Sequence record: NC_048047.1
DNA length: 64,000 nt
Reading direction: 5' to 3' (one strand)
Shown here piece after piece: positions 58,602-64,000 of the stretch. The translations under genes were made by a program, and so were the position numbers. Under the pieces are notes generated by a model. That model saw nothing but the letters and a program-made list of their open reading frames with translations. It searched no databases and had not been told where the DNA came from. How positions within the stretch are numbered: the stretch's first letter is position 1; every line of letters starts with the position of its first letter.

Positions 58602-59111
58602 ATGGACGACACCTATCCGCCCCTGACCCCCGGCCAGCAGGACGCCCTGGTCGCCTTCGCTGACCAGCATGGCGGCCTGGGCGAGGCCTGGAAGGAAGCC
58701 CTCGGCGACGCCTGGAGGACGTGCAGCGAGCCCGAGGCGCTCAAGGCCGACCTGCGGACCATCCGCAACACCTATGGCCCCTCCTGGCTCTATGATGAAT
58801 ACGCCTGGGGCTGGCGCCCGACCCTGCCGGCCTGGGAGCGCGCCGGGCGCTGGACCGACACCCCGCCCGAGCCGACGCCGGGCAAGGCCCGCTGGAGCGC
58901 CGCCTTCGACCCGCCGGCCATCGGCGAGCGCGTCCGGGTGACCACCAACGGCCTGGGCTGGGCCAAGGTCACCGGCTACTTCGTCGAAGGCGACTGGCTG
59001 GGCGTGATCGTCAAGCTGGAGGCCCCGGCCGACTGGTATGTCAAACAGAACGGCGGCAACGTCCCCGGCCACAGCTTCGGGACCGAGATCGCCCTGACCG
59101 ACCCCGCGTGA
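58602..59111 (+). CDS. early-type hypothetical protein
   Basis: promoter TTGACA at 58548, RBS GGGAGACACCCC. Confidence 0.8.
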   Translation: MDDTYPPLTPGQQDALVAFADQHGGLGEAWKEALGDAWRTCSEPEALKADLRTIRNTYGPSWLYDEYAWGWRPTLPAWERAGRWTDTPPEPTPGKARWSAAFDPPAIGERVRVTTNGLGWAKVTGYFVEGDWLGVIVKLEAPADWYVKQNGGNVPGHSFGTEIALTDPA

Positions 59112-59162
59112 CCTGGGCGGCCCTGGCTGGGAGACCAGCCGGGGCGACGCCTTGGCCGGCGC

Positions 59163-59193
59163 GGTTAACCTTAAGGCCGCGTTAAGGTTAACC
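59163..59193. promoter_or_regulatory. palindromic CtrA-type operator
   Basis: GGTTAACCTTAA-GGCCGCG-TTAAGGTTAACC. Confidence 0.85.
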
Positions 59194-59292
59194 GCCCGCG
59201 CCCTCCGCCCGGCGAAAGAAAATGCAAGAAAGCTGTTGACACGCATCCGAGACCTATGCGAGAAAGGCGCATCGAACAACGGAGGCCCTTCC

Positions 59293-60371
59293 ATGGCCAA
59301 GCTTTTCAGCGATCTCCAAGACCTTGCCACCTCGACCTATGTCGTGCGCATCGTCGACAATGGCGGCGAGAGCGCCGACCGTTACACGATCGTCACCGCC
59401 GATGGCGACTATTACGCCTACAGCGCCAATCCCTCCCATCCCCAAGGCGTGGGCCTGAGCGGCGAGGGCATCGACCCGCAAGTTCTGGCCGACTGGGTAG
59501 AGCGCGGGCAGGCCATCGACCTGACCATCGGCGAACTACCCGAGGGCGCCGCCCGCTGCCTGCTGGCGTCGATCAACGCCAGCGTCGAGGACTTCCTGGC
59601 CGCTGTCCTGGACCCGACGTCCAACGCCGTGGCCCCGACCCGCGAAAAGGCGGAGATCAACGAGGGCGTCATGGATTGCTTCGGCAAGGGCATCTATCGT
59701 GTCGGCGAGGGTTTCGCCGTGCGTATGGATGGCATGGACGCGGGCGATGATCGCGGACCGTTCATGACCGCTGTCGATGCGGTCAAGGCCACCCTCCCCG
59801 ATGAATACGCCTGGGCGGGCGAGGAATACCTGTCGCCGCGCGACATGACCAAGGTCACGCCCGAAGCCAAGCCGCTCGTCTTGGTTCACGCCCTGGAGGC
59901 CATTCGCGACTATGAATATCAGCGCGACACACCCGGCGCGTTTTTCGACGGCCTGCACAAGGACGACACTGACGCGGGCCTGGGCATCGTGCGCCGCACG
60001 CGCTACCTGTCCAAGGTCACCGGTGATGCGACCATCGTCGGGCTGATCGGCGAGGCGCCGGCTTTCGCCCTGGCCCATGCGTGCCTCGACCAACTGTGGA
60101 CCCTGGCGCAAGAGCGTTGGGAGGCGGGCCAGTGAGCGCCCGCGAACGCCGCGCCCTCGCCGAACTGCTGGCCCTCTTCCATGCCGTCAATAGCGGCCAT
60201 GTCAAGGGCCGCAACCCCTACGCCTTCCCGGCCGTCAAGCTCGCCAACGCGGCGTTGACGGGCGATCCGCTGGACGGGGGATTCCACGTCGCCGAAGCGC
60301 TGGACACCCTGCGCACGTCCGATGGCAAGGCGCTGCTATTCGACACCGAATTTCCCGAAGAAAGCGGTTGA
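59293..60371 (+). CDS. early-type hypothetical proteins (59293-60135 with DNGG..DRYT motif; 60132-60371)
   Basis: promoter TTGACA at 59236; SD GGAGG. Confidence 0.75.
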
Positions 60372-60422
60372 CAGCATAAGGGGCCTATGCGAGAAAGGGT
60401 CATCAACGGAGACACCCCGCCC

Positions 60423-60766
60423 ATGTGGACCGACAAGACGTTCAAGACCCGGACCGCCAAGGAGGCCTGGATCGCCCGCAACGAAGACCGCTATCAGATC
60501 GTCGAGATCGTGGTCTGCAACGCTTACGGCGTGTCCTACAAGCCCCTGCGACGCGTCTACTAGGAGACCCGCCCATGATCCCCGACTCGGTCCGCAACCC
60601 CAAGGACCACTGGACCCCCATCGCCACCCGCGCCGAGGCGGACGCCCTGGCCTTCCGCTACAACCAAGACGACGACGGCCCCGGCCTCTACGAGGTCCAC
60701 GAAAAGGGCGCGACCTTCGCCATCGCCTACTATGACGAAGACGGCGTGTTCTGCGCCTACGTCTAG
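60423..60766 (+). CDS. two small early-type proteins (60423-60563, 46 aa, not in ORF track; 60575-60766)
   Basis: promoter TTGACA at 60368; RBS GGAGACACCCC and AGGAGACCC. Confidence 0.7.
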
Positions 60767-60785
60767 CCGTCACCTCGTCACCTTG

Positions 60786-60823
60786 AAGGCCGGCGCCGCT
60801 CTCCTGGCGCCGGCCTTTTCTTT
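60786..60823 (+). terminator. rho-independent terminator
   Basis: AAGGCCGGCGCC-loop-GGCGCCGGCCTT-TTCTTT. Confidence 0.85.
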
Positions 60824-60837
60824 GCGCCCGGCCGCCC

Positions 60838-60868
60838 GGTTAATCTTAAGGCGGCGTTAAGGTTAACC
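60838..60868. promoter_or_regulatory. palindromic CtrA-type operator
   Basis: GGTTAATCTTAA-GGCGGCG-TTAAGGTTAACC. Confidence 0.85.
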
Positions 60869-60955
60869 CGCCGCATCCCGCCCTGATGCAAAAAACCTGT
60901 TGACACGCATGGAAGCCCTATGCGAGAAAGACGACGAACACGGGAGACACCCCTT

Positions 60956-62402
60956 ATGACCACCGCCACCATCGCCGGCGCCGAACACACGATGATCGGA
61001 CAAGCCGCCTACCGCTCCACCCAGCGCCCGCATCAAGTGCAGGACATGGCCTATGGCGCGTTCCCGGCCGCCACGTCGGACTCGCCCTTCGCCGTCAAGC
61101 CTGCCTGCGGCAAGACCCCGAGCGCGCGCGTGCTGGAGGACTTCGACCCCGCCGACGTCTTCACCATCAAGCCGCGTGATCGCGGCGACGGCTTCCTTGC
61201 GGTCGCCAACTTCGGCGGCTCTGAGGTGTCGTGGATCAGCGTCGCCGGCTATGGCGACACCGAAGACGCCGCGCGCGCCAACCTCATGGCCAAGTTCATC
61301 GACGATCGCGACGGCAAGAGCAAGTTTGGCCCCCATGAGCCGCTCAAGGGCTATGACTGGTCCTATAAGCTGGCGCCCTATTGGGACATGCTGGAGCGCG
61401 AGGCCGCCATTCGCCAGCCCTTCAAGCGCACGCTCTACCTGGGCAAGCTGAAGTCGGGCCGCCCCAATCCCAAGGGCTTTGACGTGTTCGTCGATGTCGA
61501 ATGGACCGGCGAGCGCCTGAGTCTGTCGGGCGTCATCGGCCCCAAGGCCAATGGCAACGCCTGGGGCGGCTGTGGTCAGATCGTCGGCAGTCTTGCGCGC
61601 AAGGACTTTCTGGAGTTCGCCCCGTCCTGGCATTATGGCTCGGCCCTTGACGGTCTGGTCAAGGCCTGGACCCGCTGGCACCTGAACGACATGCGCGCCG
61701 GCACGCCTCGCCAGCAAGAACACCTGCGAGGCTATCAGGCCAAGCGCAACATTGAGCAGGCCAAGGCCGCCGGCGCCCACCATCTCGACGCCACCCGCGC
61801 CGAACTGGCGCGCGTCCATCTGGAGCCCGACACCTGGGAGCGCCGCAACGGCCGGCCCTATAGCTACGGCTCCGCATGGTTGCGCGAGGAGGTCCCCACC
61901 TTCGTTCTCGACTTCCTGCGCAATCTCCCCGCCCCCGTCAAAACCAGCCCCTGGAGGTAACCCGCCCATGGCCATCAACACCGCCGGCCTCGTCGGCAAG
62001 CTCAAGGAAGCCCTGGCCAGCGCGCCGAACCTGACCCTTTGGGCCAAGGAACGCGGCCTCTTCCACCAGAACGTTTCGGCCGCCGCGCGCGGCGACACCG
62101 TGCCGCAAGACAGCATCGCCAAGGCCCTGGGCTATCGGCGCGTCCACGTCCAAGCCTATCTGGCGCCCGGCGAGGCCCTGCCGCTTCTGCCGCCCGGCTG
62201 GGAGGAAGTGGTTCCGGGCTCGGCGACCCCGGTCGACTGGAAGCCGCGCGACAAGACCGCCGAGCCGGCTCATCGCCGCGTTGGCTCGCCTGAGCAAATG
62301 GCGCGCGCCCGCTCGCTTCGCCGGCAGGAAGACCCCGAGGCCGTGGCGGCGGTGCAGGAAGCCCTTGCCGACGCCAAGGCCAAGCTGCGAAAAACCGGTT
62401 GA
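60956..62402 (+). CDS. early-type proteins (60956-61960; 61968-62402 with HTH-like segment)
   Basis: promoter TTGACA at 60900, RBS GGGAGACACCCC; LTLWAKERGLFHQNVSAAARG. Confidence 0.75.
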
Positions 62403-62453
62403 CAGCATAAGGCGGCTATGCGAGAAAGGCTCATCACTTTCTGGAGCAAGCCC

Positions 62454-62891
62454 ATGGCCGCCTTCCTGATCAACACCGATCTCAACGCCCTGGTCGAGGA
62501 CATCGCCTATGACGTCGAGATGGAAGACCGCGCCGCCGAGGAACTCGATGGCATGGACTTTGGCGACCGCTGCTATTACGGCGACCGCGCCTATCATGGC
62601 CAGCTTGAGCTTGCCCGGATCATCGAAGCGGCCACCGCCGCCCATCCCATCCTGTACGCCTAGCAGAGGAGGCGCCGCTTGACCCGTTACCGCACCGACT
62701 ACAGCCAAGACGACGGCAAGACCGTCATTATCGAGGAAGGCCTGACCCGGACCGAGGCCATGCAAAAGGCCGCGATCCTGTCGCGCAAGCACGGGACCGC
62801 CTACGCCGTCGCCTCCGACGACAAGGGCCGCGACACTGGCCAAAGGGTCTATGCTGACGGCCGGTTCAGCTACCAAGACGACAAGTTCTAA
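62454..62891 (+). CDS. two small early-type proteins (62454-62663, 62679-62891)
   Basis: promoter TTGACA at 62399; SD GGAG and GAGGAGG. Confidence 0.7.
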
Positions 62892-62893
62892 GG

Positions 62894-62923
62894 CAAGAGG
62901 CCCGGAGCGATCCGGGCCTCTTG
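62894..62923 (+). terminator. hairpin terminator
   Basis: CAAGAGGCCCGGA-GCGA-TCCGGGCCTCTTG perfect stem. Confidence 0.8.
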
Positions 62924-63050
62924 TCTGTCCCGAGCCGCCCGTTAACCTTAACCCCCTGGGACGGGGCGTTAACCGAACAATCTGCAAGAAACCTGTTGAC
63001 ACGCATCTGAGGCCTATGCGAGAAAGGCTCATCGAACAACGGAGGACGTC

Positions 63051-63758
63051 ATGTCCAAAACGTCTATTGATCCTGTGATCGCCCAAGCCCTCGCCGAACT
63101 GCGCCAAGGCCCGGTCATGGTCGATCATGGCCCCCAAGACCGCACCCAAGTCGTGAGCTTCGGCGCGACCCAAGCCCGGATGGCCAATGTCGCCCTCACG
63201 ATCGAACAAGCCCTGTCGCAAAGCCCCGCGCCCTACGCCCTGGGCTGGTTGCTGGTCACTGAATATGACCGCCTGGGCGACAATTGGGGTGGCTTTCTGG
63301 GCGGCCCTCTCGATGAGGGGCAAACCCTCAAGGACGCTGACGAGGTGCTGGCGTGGTTCCGCGCCACCTTCCCCGAGGACCCGGAAGGCTTTGCCGGGCA
63401 GATGGCCGGCGCCCTGCCCAATGACGAGACCCGCGCCAAGATCGAAGCCGGCTACGCCGAGGCCCTGGCCATCAAGGACACGGTCGCGCCCCTGGCCAAT
63501 ATCGGTTCGGCCGAGGCGGTCGCCGACATGATGTCCACCATGTTCGGCTCTGCTGTCAACGCTGCTCAGGCCCTGGGCTATCTCGTCACCACCCTGGGCG
63601 CGGGCCGCTTCGGCGTCACCCATGACGACGGCGCCACCCTGGCCACGCGCCTGGAAATCGACCACCCGACCCAAGAGGCCGCCGCCCGCGCCGCCCTGGT
63701 CTACCATGTCCAGCACCTGCAAGCCGACACCCTGGCGCTGGCCAATCTGAAGGACTGA
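63051..63758 (+). CDS. early-type hypothetical protein
   Basis: promoter TTGACA at 62996; SD GGAGG. Confidence 0.8.
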   Translation: MSKTSIDPVIAQALAELRQGPVMVDHGPQDRTQVVSFGATQARMANVALTIEQALSQSPAPYALGWLLVTEYDRLGDNWGGFLGGPLDEGQTLKDADEVLAWFRATFPEDPEGFAGQMAGALPNDETRAKIEAGYAEALAIKDTVAPLANIGSAEAVADMMSTMFGSAVNAAQALGYLVTTLGAGRFGVTHDDGATLATRLEIDHPTQEAAARAALVYHVQHLQADTLALANLKD

Positions 63759-63760
63759 CC

Positions 63761-64000
63761 ATGACCGCCGCCGCCTCTCTCTTCGAACAAGCCCAGATCG
63801 AAGCCGCGCAAGCCGCGATCGATCTCAACACCGCCAAGGTCGGGCTGGAAACCGAGGACTCCAGCCCTGGAACCGACCTCTTCCACCTGCTGGGCTCGCT
63901 GCTGACCTGGGCGGACGCCTGGGGCGTGGACTTCGACGACATCCTGTCTCAGGTCCGCGAGCCGGTGAACGTCACCACGACCCTGACCCGCAATGATCCG
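63761..64000 (+). CDS. hypothetical protein, truncated by window end
   Basis: MTAAASLFEQAQIEAAQAAID... open to the end of the window. Confidence 0.7.
   Translation, partial: MTAAASLFEQAQIEAAQAAIDLNTAKVGLETEDSSPGTDLFHLLGSLLTWADAWGVDFDDILSQVREPVNVTTTLTRNDP

Noticed and set aside
54894-62454. ORF-track starts reading MRE(R/Q)... or MRQ... at 54894, 57101, 58184, 60920 and 62418
   Set aside because: These ATGs are part of the promoter element (T/A)ATGCGA. The real starts lie downstream of the SD sequences, for example 54930, 57146, 60956 and 62454.
1-64000. Depletion or enrichment of GANTC (CcrM) sites
   Set aside because: This needs a full count against an expected frequency, which I could not do reliably by eye.

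Overview
This window looks like part of a large, GC-rich lytic dsDNA phage genome. Gene style, gene order and CtrA-type boxes suggest a phiCbK-like Caulobacter phage (inference, no database search run). Bases 1-41.5 kb are a densely packed, almost entirely plus-strand accessory region of small hypothetical genes. Recognisable members include an acyltransferase-3, two antisense tRNA-Arg genes, lipoproteins, Lar-like and Rmf-like proteins, a NadE-like PP-loop enzyme, an ABC-type ATPase, a shortened major-capsid-like paralogue, four Tat-signal proteins, an HNH-RNA ligase fusion and a MazG-like protein. Bases 41.6-43.6 kb hold two winged-helix-like genes followed by an AT-rich repeat island, a candidate replication origin. 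Bases 44.7-46.9 kb are 15 consecutive tiny membrane-protein genes. These are followed by RuvC, TerS and an intein-containing TerL. Bases 53.2-54.9 kb are mostly non-coding and contain three different repeat arrays plus phased A-tracts, a candidate packaging site or terminal-repeat boundary. Bases 54.9-64 kb are repeated expression cassettes built as terminator, palindromic TTAA operator, conserved sigma70-type promoter, RBS and one to three genes. Protein family calls come from motif recognition by eye and need HMM or structure confirmation.
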